From positions 1 through 64,000 of the IMG/VR virus record IMGVR_UViG_3300034069_000619: DNA of 64,000 bases; one strand, 5' to 3'. How positions within the stretch are numbered: position 1 is the first letter of the stretch; each line of letters starts with the position of its first letter. Below the pieces are notes generated by a model. The model was not told where the DNA came from. It was given only the letters and a program-made list of their open reading frames with translations, and did no database searches. This stretch comes from a virus. A program made the position numbers and the translations under genes. Positions 52,447-60,443 of this stretch are shown in pieces.

Positions 52447-53129
52447 CGGTCGGCTCCAGAGGTAAAAAGGGGCGGTTCAGGGCGCTTCGGAAGCTCGTAG
52501 AAAGGCATCCAGAGCAAGTCCGGCTCGTCGTTGAGGCCGTCGTTCGGATAGCCGTCGAGGATCCGCCACGGAAACGACTTGCCTTCCCGCCATTTGGCCT
52601 TGTTGACGCGGACAAGCTTTGGACCGTCGCTCCAGGCGAGCCAGATCGTGGTCCCGTCCTTCGGTGCCGTGCTGATGTTTTGCCAGGCGCCCGATACGCC
52701 AACCACCTCCGCCCGCAGCGTCGCGAGTTGAGCTTCGGCGGTCTCGGCGCGGGTGCGAGCGTCGTCCCACTCGGTGACGATGGTGCGGACGGCGGAGAGG
52801 AGGGCCTGTTCAGCCGCCAAGCAATCAGCTCGTGAGCCAGCCTGTGAGTCCGTCCAAAAGACATTGATGCTGGCGCTGAATGTCCTGACTAGCCGCTCCA
52901 CCTCCCCCATCGTGTCCGGCTCGGCGGCGCGGCCGGGCGTGGGGGTGGCGAGAGCGGCCGCTAGGCCGTAGGGGTCAACGACCTCGCCGGAAAGCATCGG
53001 TTCGTCGTTGGGGCCGGACATGATCACCCAGGGATGGGCAAGCTCAAACCTCTCGACACGCAGGTGGTACCCACCGGGCAGTTCAATCCGCTCTACGGTG
53101 GGGACGGGGGAGGAAGGGGCGGGGGTCAT
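52443..53129 (-). CDS. DUF551-like domain protein
   Basis: 228 aa. C-terminal WQNISTAPKDGTTIWLAW motif. Confidence 0.55.
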   Translation of the reverse strand: MTPAPSSPVPTVERIELPGGYHLRVERFELAHPWVIMSGPNDEPMLSGEVVDPYGLAAALATPTPGRAAEPDTMGEVERLVRTFSASINVFWTDSQAGSRADCLAAEQALLSAVRTIVTEWDDARTRAETAEAQLATLRAEVVGVSGAWQNISTAPKDGTTIWLAWSDGPKLVRVNKAKWREGKSFPWRILDGYPNDGLNDEPDLLWMPFYELPKRPEPPLFTSGADR

Positions 53130-54219
53130 GGTCGAGCTCGCGGTCTAAATTAGGAATTACGGCGCGGACGAAGGCTGCCGCCGCGGGCGGCGAGATGGCG
53201 TTACCCGCGCCCCGCAGGAGACCCACGCGACCGGATACCCCATGAGCCAGAGGGAAAAGGCCGGGTTGAGTTGGCCGGGCTTTTCCGTCGCGGCAGGGGA
53301 GCCATTCGAGGTCGGACCACGGAGCAAGATCGCTTGCTGGCCGAGCGTCATCCCGAAGCCATTGCCGTTGCCAGTCCTGATCCGGCACTCCTCCCGGCGC
53401 TCCAACATCCGGTCGGCGTCCTTCGCTTCGAACCCGCTGGCGCTCGGTGTCGCCCAGCCCGAAAGCCGAGACACACTCTCGAGTGTCCGCTGCACCTTCG
53501 TGCCGTTCGCTCGCTTGCCGGAGATCACCGCCTCGTCGGAGGAGTTTCGCCCTCCGTTCGGCACCGCAGGCGTCGGCCACGCTGCCAACTGCGCGTGCTC
53601 GTTCAAATTGGCGAAGCCCGGGTTGCCCTTGCCCTCCGCTCGACACCGAGCACGAATTGCCTTGATCTGCTCGGGCGTCTTCGGCGTCGCTGTGTCGTGG
53701 ACCTGCGGCGTCGGCCAGCCCGACCCACCACAGCCGCTGTCGGATGTGCGGAGCGCCGAAGCCCGCAGCGCACAGATCGACCGCCCCGAAGGCGTAATCC
53801 GCTCCTTCCAGGTCAGCCGAAACAAGGTCGAGCCACTGGAGGCCGTCGCGGCTCGCAACCTGCTCTCCAAGGACCGTTGCAGGGCGGCGCTCCGCGATGA
53901 GACGGAAGAACTCAGGCCAGAGGTGGCGAGCGTCGTCAAAGCCGCCTCGCTTGCCGGCTGCCGAGAAGGGCTGGCAGGGGCAGGAGCCGGTCCAGACGGG
54001 CTCGTGATCGGGCACGCCGGCCATGCGGAGCGCGAGGCTCCAGCCCCCGATGCCGGCGAAGAAATGGCACTGCCCGTAAGGCTCCAGGTCGGCAGGTCGA
54101 ACATCGACAATTGAGCGCTCGTCGACGATGCCCGGCGCGATGTGGCCCTCGGCGATGAGCTCGCGGAGCCACGCGGCGGCAAAGGGGTCGTGCTCGTTGT
54201 AGAAGGCTCCGGCATTCAC
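53083..54219 (-). CDS. DNA (cytosine-5)-methyltransferase; reading frame of the central third is questionable
   Basis: Frame A carries FAGIGG (motif I), PCQPFS (IV), GAPHIRQRLWWVG (VIII) and GNAISPP (X). GTG 54219 overlaps the upstream stop. The overlapping same-strand ORF 53157-54215 has better codon bias through the middle (see findings). Confidence 0.7.
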   Translation of the reverse strand: MNAGAFYNEHDPFAAAWLRELIAEGHIAPGIVDERSIVDVRPADLEPYGQCHFFAGIGGWSLALRMAGVPDHEPVWTGSCPCQPFSAAGKRGGFDDARHLWPEFFRLIAERRPATVLGEQVASRDGLQWLDLVSADLEGADYAFGAVDLCAAGFGAPHIRQRLWWVGLADAAGPRHSDAEDARADQGNSCSVSSGGQGQPGLRQFERARAVGSVADACGAERRAKLLRRGGDLRQASERHEGAADTRECVSAFGLGDTERQRVRSEGRRPDVGAPGGVPDQDWQRQWLRDDARPASDLAPWSDLEWLPCRDGKARPTQPGLFPLAHGVSGRVGLLRGAGNAISPPAAAAFVRAVIPNLDRELDHDPRPFLPRPHRRAD

Positions 54220-54629
54220 TTCGACCCCTCCCCACCAGCAGGGGCGGCGCCTTGGGCAATGGCCAGGGCGGAGCAAATCTGCCGTGCCAGACCAAGATCA
54301 ATGGTGATGTTGTCGGCTCCGCGCTCCACGGCCGCTTCAATTCGAAACCGAATGCGAGGTTCGAGGTGACGACTCGGCAAGCGCAGGTTCAAGGCTGCGG
54401 CGATCTCGTTCACCCGCTCTTCTGCCGTCCCGATTTCGCCTTCCGACCAATTCATGGCGGATTGATCGTCAGCTGGATCAATGGTGCAGATTGAGAACCA
54501 AGCCGACAGGCCATTGATGCATGGGTATTGGCGTTCGACCTGCCAATGGCCGGAGAGATGACAGCGAGAGGCACGGTACGGACCAAGCGTCGCCACCTGT
54601 GGGGCGAGACGGGAGGGGGTGGTGCTCAT
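54216..54629 (-). CDS. hypothetical early protein
   Basis: 137-aa ORF with 4-nt overlaps. Confidence 0.5.
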   Translation of the reverse strand: MSTTPSRLAPQVATLGPYRASRCHLSGHWQVERQYPCINGLSAWFSICTIDPADDQSAMNWSEGEIGTAEERVNEIAAALNLRLPSRHLEPRIRFRIEAAVERGADNITIDLGLARQICSALAIAQGAAPAGGEGSK

Positions 54630-54871
54630 GCCGCCCTCGCAGCGTCACGATCCTCGATCACCGCCACGACCGGAACGGTACGCGGATGCTCAATCAGGTC
54701 GAAGATCTGCTGGCGCCGTGTCGGGCCGGCGTCGGCCGCGAAGAACGTCACCGCATCGGCGTCGAACATCTGCTGTTCGCGCTTGCTGAGGCGGATGCCG
54801 GCGGCGGTGAGGTCAGCAGCCTCAAGGAGACCCAGCCGAAGCACAGCAGTGTGGAATGCCTGCGCGTTCAT
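54626..54871 (-). CDS. hypothetical early protein
   Basis: 81-aa ORF with 4-nt overlaps. Confidence 0.5.
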   Translation of the reverse strand: MNAQAFHTAVLRLGLLEAADLTAAGIRLSKREQQMFDADAVTFFAADAGPTRRQQIFDLIEHPRTVPVVAVIEDRDAARAA

Positions 54872-55176
54872 GCTGCTCTCCGCGAGCGATAGGCCGAAAC
54901 CATCTCACGATCCGACCGGGCTTGGTCGAACAGGTCTTCGTCGTGCTGCTTGGCGATCTGCTCCGAGAGCCAAGCCGGAAGGTCGTGGTGCCAGACGCCG
55001 CCGCACTTCACGCTGACGGTGATCCATTCGACCGAGGCAGGCTCGCCAGGAGTGCCGCCGGACGAGTAGGACGGGCCTTCGTCAGGCGTGCCGGGCCAGT
55101 AGCGGAACTGGATTTCGATCTGCTCGAAAGGCGCATCAGCCGGAGCGTCGTAGCGGTGATCGGAATAGCGGGTCAT
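54868..55176 (-). CDS. hypothetical early protein
   Basis: Internal ATG 55176 with ATGA overlap. Confidence 0.5.
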   Translation of the reverse strand: MTRYSDHRYDAPADAPFEQIEIQFRYWPGTPDEGPSYSSGGTPGEPASVEWITVSVKCGGVWHHDLPAWLSEQIAKQHDEDLFDQARSDREMVSAYRSRRAA

Positions 55177-55529
55177 TGGCCGGCCTCCTCGGCGAGGGCG
55201 ATGGCGCGAGTGAACCCAGCCATTATATCGCTGTGCTTGCACTTACTTCTATCGTTCCACTCATAAATCTCATCCTTGCCAATAGCTTTTCTGACAAAGT
55301 TAAGAGTCTTCTCCGATAGGTTCATTCGGAAGGAAGAAAAGCTATCTTCCTTCGTAGCTCTGAGGATAGCGCCTTCCGCGCAGAAGCAGACGGCATCGTC
55401 GTAGATAACATTAGTAGGTAGTCCCTCATCGGTGCGGGCAAGCTCGCCCTTGGTCCACCGCTTCGGATCGCTCAGCAACTCCCGCGCTGCCCTCAGCGCC
55501 TCGCTGGGCTTGGTCGGGGCGGGGGTCAT
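55173..55529 (-). CDS. conserved hypothetical phage protein
   Basis: 118 aa. The ...CFCAEGAI...YEWNDR... pattern is common in phage early regions (from memory). The 3' half is AT-richer. Confidence 0.55.
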   Translation of the reverse strand: MTPAPTKPSEALRAARELLSDPKRWTKGELARTDEGLPTNVIYDDAVCFCAEGAILRATKEDSFSSFRMNLSEKTLNFVRKAIGKDEIYEWNDRSKCKHSDIMAGFTRAIALAEEAGQ

Positions 55530-55750
55530 GGCGTGGTCTCCGCAACAGGATCGCGATAAAGGATGCCGCAGAACGGGCAGAATGTCGGCACGACGCTGAC
55601 GCGATCGCGCTTGCGGGGATTGAGTTTTTCGATCTCAATCACGGGAACCGCGTAAGCCTCAGGCCTCGTAAAAACGATGCCGCATGTGATCTTGGAGTTC
55701 CGTTCGGCCAACTTGGCATCCATGACGGTTATGCAGTCGCAGGCCATCAC
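55526..55750 (-). CDS. small Cys-containing protein
   Basis: 74 aa with CDC...CPFC motifs. Confidence 0.5.
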   Translation of the reverse strand: MMACDCITVMDAKLAERNSKITCGIVFTRPEAYAVPVIEIEKLNPRKRDRVSVVPTFCPFCGILYRDPVAETTP

Positions 55751-56004
55751 GCCCTCCCCGTCAGCGCCGGCACGGTCAGTAACCGATCCAGCTCCGGCCC
55801 CGTCAGATCAGACAAAGCCACAGGCTCAAGCGAGCCCTTGCGGTTGATGAGGACAGCGTCGATGCCGGAGAAGTAGCCGGGACGGCGCATGTAAGCGGGG
55901 GTGCGGTTCCACGCGAGGTCTTCTGTCGCCAGACGATCAAGCACGACACGAGACCGGCCGTAGATCTTGGGATCGCAGTGATTGGAGAGGGCTGAGGAGA
56001 TCAT
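55747..56004 (-). CDS. hypothetical early protein
   Basis: Internal ATG 56004 of ORF 55747-56133. The start is uncertain. Confidence 0.45.
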   Translation of the reverse strand: MISSALSNHCDPKIYGRSRVVLDRLATEDLAWNRTPAYMRRPGYFSGIDAVLINRKGSLEPVALSDLTGPELDRLLTVPALTGRA

Positions 56005-56077
56005 CTGATTGCTCCGGGTGATTGCTGAGGACTGAGCCTCGCGGCTGCCGACCTCGTGAGATCGGCAGTTGGCGAAG

Positions 56078-56521
56078 TCAGGCGGGCTCGTCTTGCAGAG
56101 CGAGGGGCCAGCAGTCGTTAGCAGCGCCAGCAAGGAAGTGGTCGATGGCGCGGACAGCCTGTTCCACTGTGATAGCAGAGAGCATCACATCGGAGTCTGG
56201 AATAAACAGGCCTTCAAGCGAATCAGAGCGTTCCGACATGATGCTATAAATTCCCCTGGCAAGAAGGAAACCACCAATGCAGTGAGCCGTCCCGCAGTCA
56301 GAAAAAGCGGTCCAATTCCTCATATTAAAGCCAGTAGCCCGCGGATCTTTGTTAAAAGAAGGCGTCCAATGAACCTTCGGTTCATGCTTCACCCGCCCAC
56401 TGGCGAGATCATCACGGACCTCAATCAGCCCGGCGCGCTCGCGCTCGGTGATGCCAAGCTCATCAGCGGAGAGGTAGACGAGGGATTTCGGAGTGCGTGC
56501 CAGCATGTTCGGGGGCTCCAA
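56078..56521 (-). CDS. hypothetical protein, first gene of the leftward operon
   Basis: 147-aa ORF downstream of the candidate OL/PL repeats. Confidence 0.5.
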   Translation of the reverse strand: MEPPNMLARTPKSLVYLSADELGITERERAGLIEVRDDLASGRVKHEPKVHWTPSFNKDPRATGFNMRNWTAFSDCGTAHCIGGFLLARGIYSIMSERSDSLEGLFIPDSDVMLSAITVEQAVRAIDHFLAGAANDCWPLALQDEPA

Positions 56522-56565
56522 AGCGATCCGGCGTGTGCGCGGGTCGATGGATGTAGATTACCCGA

Positions 56566-56598
56566 TCTGGGCAACCTGGCAACCCCAATTTGGGTAAC
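56566..56598. promoter_or_regulatory. candidate leftward operator/promoter repeats
   Basis: TGGGCAAC (56568-75), TGGCAAC (56577-83) and TGGGTAAC (56591-98). These are the reverse complement of the GTTGCCCA motif found at the cI/cro region. Confidence 0.45.
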
Positions 56599-56613
56599 TT
56601 GCGCGATCTCGCG

Positions 56614-56653
56614 AAAAAAAATATGGCCGCGTCTCTGAAACTCAGACGCGGCC
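56614..56653 (-). terminator. intrinsic terminator of the repressor gene
   Basis: 10-bp stem GGCCGCGTCT/AGACGCGGCC followed by T8 on the - strand, 32 nt after the cI stop. Confidence 0.75.
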
Positions 56654-56684
56654 GATCCGTAAGGTATTAACTTGTAATTGAATT

Positions 56685-57302
56685 TTAGCTAATTCGTTTG
56701 GACACCTTGCGAACGGTGCGCCTCGGTGCAATCCATGTGACGAAGGCGGCGCTTTCGACCTGCTGTTCGCGCATCGTGTCAGCGGTGGCGCTTTCGAGAT
56801 CAAAGAGACCGGCCGCCCGGCTGTGAAATGGCTTCTTTATGACCACCTGGCCGTCTGCCAGCCACAGCACGCAAAGCTCACCGACCATGTCCTCTGTGAC
56901 CGGCCCGCGCTCGTCGTCGTAATAGATCAACCAGCCGTCCTCAGCGACGCCGCGCATGCTTGTCCCCCGCACCTCCACGGCAACGGTTTTGTCACCGCTG
57001 TCCGGCGGTCGGAGTGCCCAACCGAGTTCGCCGTCTGAAGCTGCATAGGATACGCCGCCGTTAGAACCCGCGCCAACGAGACCCACGATTGAAACTTCTT
57101 GCGGAGTCTCGATCACGATGGACGGATCTACCCCGAAGGCACGCGCAGCGTTGGCGATAGAAGCCTCATTCAACTTCCTGTCGCCACGCTCAAGTTTTAT
57201 GTAGCCGCTCCGCGAAATTCCCATTTCCATAGCGGCCCTCTCGAGGGTCCAGCCACGGTCTTTGCGGAGGTGACGAAGGTTGTTGCCCATGACGGGTGAC
57301 AT
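56685..57302 (-). CDS. CI-like repressor (XRE HTH plus S24 LexA-type peptidase)
   Basis: LRHLRKDRGWTLERAAMEMGISRSGYIKLERG HTH motif. C-terminal GTSM...K S24-like domain. ATG 57290 is an alternative start. Confidence 0.85.
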   Translation of the reverse strand: MSPVMGNNLRHLRKDRGWTLERAAMEMGISRSGYIKLERGDRKLNEASIANAARAFGVDPSIVIETPQEVSIVGLVGAGSNGGVSYAASDGELGWALRPPDSGDKTVAVEVRGTSMRGVAEDGWLIYYDDERGPVTEDMVGELCVLWLADGQVVIKKPFHSRAAGLFDLESATADTMREQQVESAAFVTWIAPRRTVRKVSKRIS

Positions 57303-57374
57303 GCATGCCGATCTTTTTGTTGTCGTTCCCCAAGTTGGGCTTGCAATGTTGCCCATTCCGGGTAACCTATGGGC
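57281..57374. promoter_or_regulatory. cI/cro divergent control region with repeated TGTTGCCCAT boxes
   Basis: TGTTGCCCAT at 57281-90 and 57347-56. Near-palindrome GTTGCCC-N5-GGGTAAC at 57349-67. GCCCAT-N12-ATGGGC also present. Confidence 0.5.
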
Positions 57375-57375
57375 C

Positions 57376-57600
57376 ATGCAGCTCAAGTCCTTCATCCAGG
57401 CCAGCGGCCTCCCCGACCAGCACTTCGCTGAAAAGCTCGGCGTTTCGCTGTCGGGACTGCGCAAGTGGAAAGCCCGCAATCGGGAGCCAGATGCGGCCAC
57501 GATCGCCCGCATTGAAGCTTTGACTGACGGCAAAGTCAGTCTAGCCGACTGGGCAATGCCGAAGCCGAAGCCCGTCCAGAAGGTGGGAGCGGCGGCGTGA
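57376..57600 (+). CDS. Cro-like HTH regulator
   Basis: ATG 57376. FAEKLGVSLSGLRKWKARNREP HTH motif. Divergent from the repressor. Confidence 0.7.
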   Translation: MQLKSFIQASGLPDQHFAEKLGVSLSGLRKWKARNREPDAATIARIEALTDGKVSLADWAMPKPKPVQKVGAAA

Positions 57601-58145
57601 GCGTCGTATATTTCGTTCAGCCGGTAGATGGCGGTCCCGTGCGCGTCGGTACATCTCAGGACGAGATCGGTCGCAGCCTCGCGATCGGTAATTGGCATCC
57701 TCACGGCGTTGAAATTGTAGCGACACTGCCAGGATCTTTCGCCCGTGAGGCGATGATCCATCGGATTTTCGCTGGACAGGCTCTGGGCCGTGATTGGTTC
57801 AAAGCATCTCCCTTGGTCTGGCGCGTCATGCTCGACGCGATCGACAGGCGCATCGACTGGCTCCCTGCTGAACCAACAAAGCAGGAGTGGGTCGAGGTGC
57901 GTAAAAATATGGGTCCAAGGATCAAGGCCGCGTTCGGCGGCCCGTCCAAGATGGCCAAGATCGCCGGATACAGCGCGGGGCATGTGAGCTTCGCTTGCAC
58001 TCCAACCAACTGGAACCCGCCCGCTGGCGTCTATGCAGCCCTTGCGCTGCAGGAAGCTGATCTGCGCGGCGAACTCCCTTCGTATCTCTCTGACCTCTGG
58101 CAAGAGCGGGCAGTGCCCCGCAAAACCAATCGGAGCGTCGCGTGA
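57597..58145 (+). CDS. T5orf172/GIY-YIG-superfamily domain protein
   Basis: VVYFVQPVDGGPVRVGTS...EAMIHRIFAGQALGRDWF pattern. GTGA overlap with the upstream gene. Confidence 0.55.
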   Translation: MSVVYFVQPVDGGPVRVGTSQDEIGRSLAIGNWHPHGVEIVATLPGSFAREAMIHRIFAGQALGRDWFKASPLVWRVMLDAIDRRIDWLPAEPTKQEWVEVRKNMGPRIKAAFGGPSKMAKIAGYSAGHVSFACTPTNWNPPAGVYAALALQEADLRGELPSYLSDLWQERAVPRKTNRSVA

Positions 58146-58351
58146 CCTATTTCCTGTCCCTTGCCGACCACTTCGGCAGCGCCATTCACAGCATCGGCTT
58201 GCTGCTCGCCGGTATTTCTGTCGGGTTCATCGTCGGTGAGAGCCTGCGGCGCACTTACGTGCAGTTCATCGTCAAGCCTCGCAATGCGCAGCTTTTTCAG
58301 GCTGGCGCCGAGATCACGATCATTGACGCCAATCGGACCCGGGTGCTGTGA
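58142..58351 (+). CDS. small membrane protein
   Basis: 69 aa. IHSIGLLLAGISVGFIVG helix. Confidence 0.45.
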   Translation: MTYFLSLADHFGSAIHSIGLLLAGISVGFIVGESLRRTYVQFIVKPRNAQLFQAGAEITIIDANRTRVL

Positions 58352-58473
58352 TGCAGCCCGAGCCTCACATCGAACTCGCGCCGCTCTCTGAGCGGCTGGC
58401 GATCTGGACAATTGCGGCCATCGGGCCGTGGATCTGCATTGCTTGGACTGCTCGTGTGCTGGGGTGGCTGTAA
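58351..58473 (+). CDS. 40-aa hydrophobic micro-protein (absent from the ORF track)
   Basis: Its ATG overlaps the upstream TGA and its TAA overlaps the next ATG (TAATG). LAIWTIAAIGPWICIAW helix. Confidence 0.35.
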   Translation: MQPEPHIELAPLSERLAIWTIAAIGPWICIAWTARVLGWL

Positions 58474-58670
58474 TGCCTCAGTCTCTCCGCCGCGTCACGA
58501 CGAACGCGTTTCCGTGCTTTGCAGGCCTAATCCTGGCCTGTGATCCCCATCCGGCGACCCTACCCGCCGGCAACTTGGCTGCGTCGAGGGCCGCCCTGGC
58601 TCTCCGCAGCTTTCCTTTCTGCCCCTCGGACGACCGCAGCTCGTCATCCGTTCCTGGGAGGTCTGATTGA
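58473..58670 (+). CDS. possible small protein
   Basis: Internal ATG 58473 of ORF 58428-58670, coupled on both sides. Confidence 0.35.
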   Translation: MPQSLRRVTTNAFPCFAGLILACDPHPATLPAGNLAASRAALALRSFPFCPSDDRSSSSVPGRSD

Positions 58671-59185
58671 AAGCTCATCCGTTACCGTCTCTGGCTAGGT
58701 TGTCGGAATTTTTGTCTTATGACCCAGACACGGGTCATTTTACGTGGATCAAGCAGAAAAACTCACGCTCTCTCGTTGGCACACGAGCTGGCTACGAAAA
58801 CCGTGATAAAAAGAAATACACGGCATACGTAGTCATCAGGTTTGACAATCAGATGCTGAGAGCAAGCCGACTGGCTTGGCTATTTCATTATGGTTCTGAT
58901 ACAGACATGCAGGTTGATCATATCAACCTGAATGGCACGGATAACCGTATCTCAAACCTGCGTTTGGCTACGTATTCGCAAAATAAGGCTAACAGTCGAA
59001 AGCCAAAATCGACTAACCCTTATAAGGGCGTTAGATTGAAGGGCAAGCGTGTGGGGTGGTCAGCGACCATCCGATGCAACAACGTTCTTTACAAACTCGG
59101 ATGCTTCAAAACCGCAGAGGAAGCCAAGGCGGCCTACAACGCGAAGGCTTTGGAGCTTTTCGGCGAATTCGCGAGGGTGGCATGA
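58667..59185 (+). CDS. free-standing HNH homing endonuclease with AP2-type DNA-binding domain
   Basis: ASRLAWLFHYG...QVDHINLNGTDNRISNLRLATYSQNKAN is HNH_3-like. YKGVRLKGKRVGWSATI...LGCFKTAEEAKAAYN is AP2-like. AT-rich island. Confidence 0.8.
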   Translation: MKAHPLPSLARLSEFLSYDPDTGHFTWIKQKNSRSLVGTRAGYENRDKKKYTAYVVIRFDNQMLRASRLAWLFHYGSDTDMQVDHINLNGTDNRISNLRLATYSQNKANSRKPKSTNPYKGVRLKGKRVGWSATIRCNNVLYKLGCFKTAEEAKAAYNAKALELFGEFARVA

Positions 59186-59387
59186 CCACGCTCGAAGCCT
59201 GGGGTCGTCGCAACCCTTCTGCCAAGTCGCGCGCGACGTCCCCCAGCTGCTCGAACATATCCAACTGCTTTCCGCCGATGCTGTCCTCCATGCCTGACCT
59301 CCTCTTTCACGAGAGGAATATGAGCATGGGTCCGATTGCATGGGCATCCACCAGCCAGAGACAAAGCATCAACCGGAGCGCCGCCGC

Positions 59388-59756
59388 ATGAGCGCGATCA
59401 CCCATATCGGGCAAGCCAAAGGGCTCATAAAAGGGCTCGAAAGACGAGAGCGCGACCGCAATGGCGGCACGCTGACAGCCGCTCGCGCCCGTGTCGCCCG
59501 CGCTATGGGTGTGATGCCGGGCACGCTCTTCAACCTCGTGTATGACAGGGCGAAACGCATTGATGAGAACCTCCGTGCCCGTCTCTCCGCCTACGCCGTC
59601 GCCGACATCGAGAGGGAAATCGCCGGGCTTCGTCACGAGCTGGCGATCGCTAGCGAAATGGGTGCGGCGCCGGATGCTGCGTCTGTTCGGCGGCTCGAAG
59701 CCGTCATAGCGGAAGCATCTACCCTTCTGTCTGAGATGACGGGAGGGTGGGGTTGA
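59388..59756 (+). CDS. hypothetical early protein
   Basis: Internal ATG 59388 (MSAITHIGQAK...). Confidence 0.5.
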   Translation: MSAITHIGQAKGLIKGLERRERDRNGGTLTAARARVARAMGVMPGTLFNLVYDRAKRIDENLRARLSAYAVADIEREIAGLRHELAIASEMGAAPDAASVRRLEAVIAEASTLLSEMTGGWG

Positions 59757-59974
59757 CCATCGCCTCGCAGACAACCCGCCTAGGGTCGCCCGTCCGCGTC
59801 ATGCTGGACGGCAAGGAGTGGACTGGGGAGTTCGCTGGCGTCGAGATCGCCGGGCTTCACATGGGCCGCGTGCGTATCGGCCATCGTGTTCGCACCGCTG
59901 CGCTGTCCGACATCCACGAGATCGTGCCGCCGGCTGGCGACAGGTGGGCGACCCTGCACATGGGGACGCTGTGA
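59747..59974 (+). CDS. hypothetical small protein
   Basis: 75-aa ORF with a non-ATG start. Confidence 0.45.
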   Translation: MGLTIASQTTRLGSPVRVMLDGKEWTGEFAGVEIAGLHMGRVRIGHRVRTAALSDIHEIVPPAGDRWATLHMGTL

Positions 59975-60402
59975 TGAGCCTCGACAACGACATCATTCAC
60001 CCCAGAAATCAGGGCGTCGGCGTCGATGCTGAGTTCATCGAGCGCTGGGCTGATCGGAAGGCGGCACGAGCCGTATTGACCGCACCCTCTGTTCCGAAGC
60101 GGCAACGTGGTCGCATGTATGACCCCGACTTCCGCAATCGGTTCAAGCGCCTCTATCTGTCCGGCATGACCTATCGGCAGATGTGCGTCGAGCTAGAGGC
60201 GTCTCGTAACTCACTAGACCTCTATCGCGAGGCCATGGATCTGCCTCGTCGAGGGCAACGTCGATCGGCAAACCCCAAACCTTTGTGGGTTCGCGTGTCG
60301 AAAGCGGAGCATGAGGCGATACGTTTGGCCTGCATTGGCAGATACAGTAGCGCGGCGCACTTCATCCGAGCTGCCGTCAAAGAGAAATTGGATGGGCGAT
60401 AG
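59974..60402 (+). CDS. DNA-binding protein with C-terminal RHH-like segment
   Basis: ATG 59974 overlaps the upstream TGA. LWVRVSKAEHEAIRLACIGRYSSAAHFIRAAVKEKL. Confidence 0.5.
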   Translation: MSLDNDIIHPRNQGVGVDAEFIERWADRKAARAVLTAPSVPKRQRGRMYDPDFRNRFKRLYLSGMTYRQMCVELEASRNSLDLYREAMDLPRRGQRRSANPKPLWVRVSKAEHEAIRLACIGRYSSAAHFIRAAVKEKLDGR

Positions 60403-60443
60403 CCCGTTCCGACATCAACGATACTCGCTCAAGGCTGATCGCC

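Noticed and set aside
57303-58103. N-terminal 267 aa of the 472-aa - strand ORF 56685-58103
   Set aside because: Only the C-terminal 205 aa form the HTH/S24 repressor. The upstream part is antisense to the cro-like and T5orf172-like + strand genes and has no protein-like features.
59186-59387. Small antisense ORFs (59060-59347, 59106-59291, 59134-59364) downstream of the HNH-AP2 gene
   Set aside because: They are mutually exclusive overlapping frames with no start context or motifs. This is probably non-coding remnant DNA of the endonuclease insertion.
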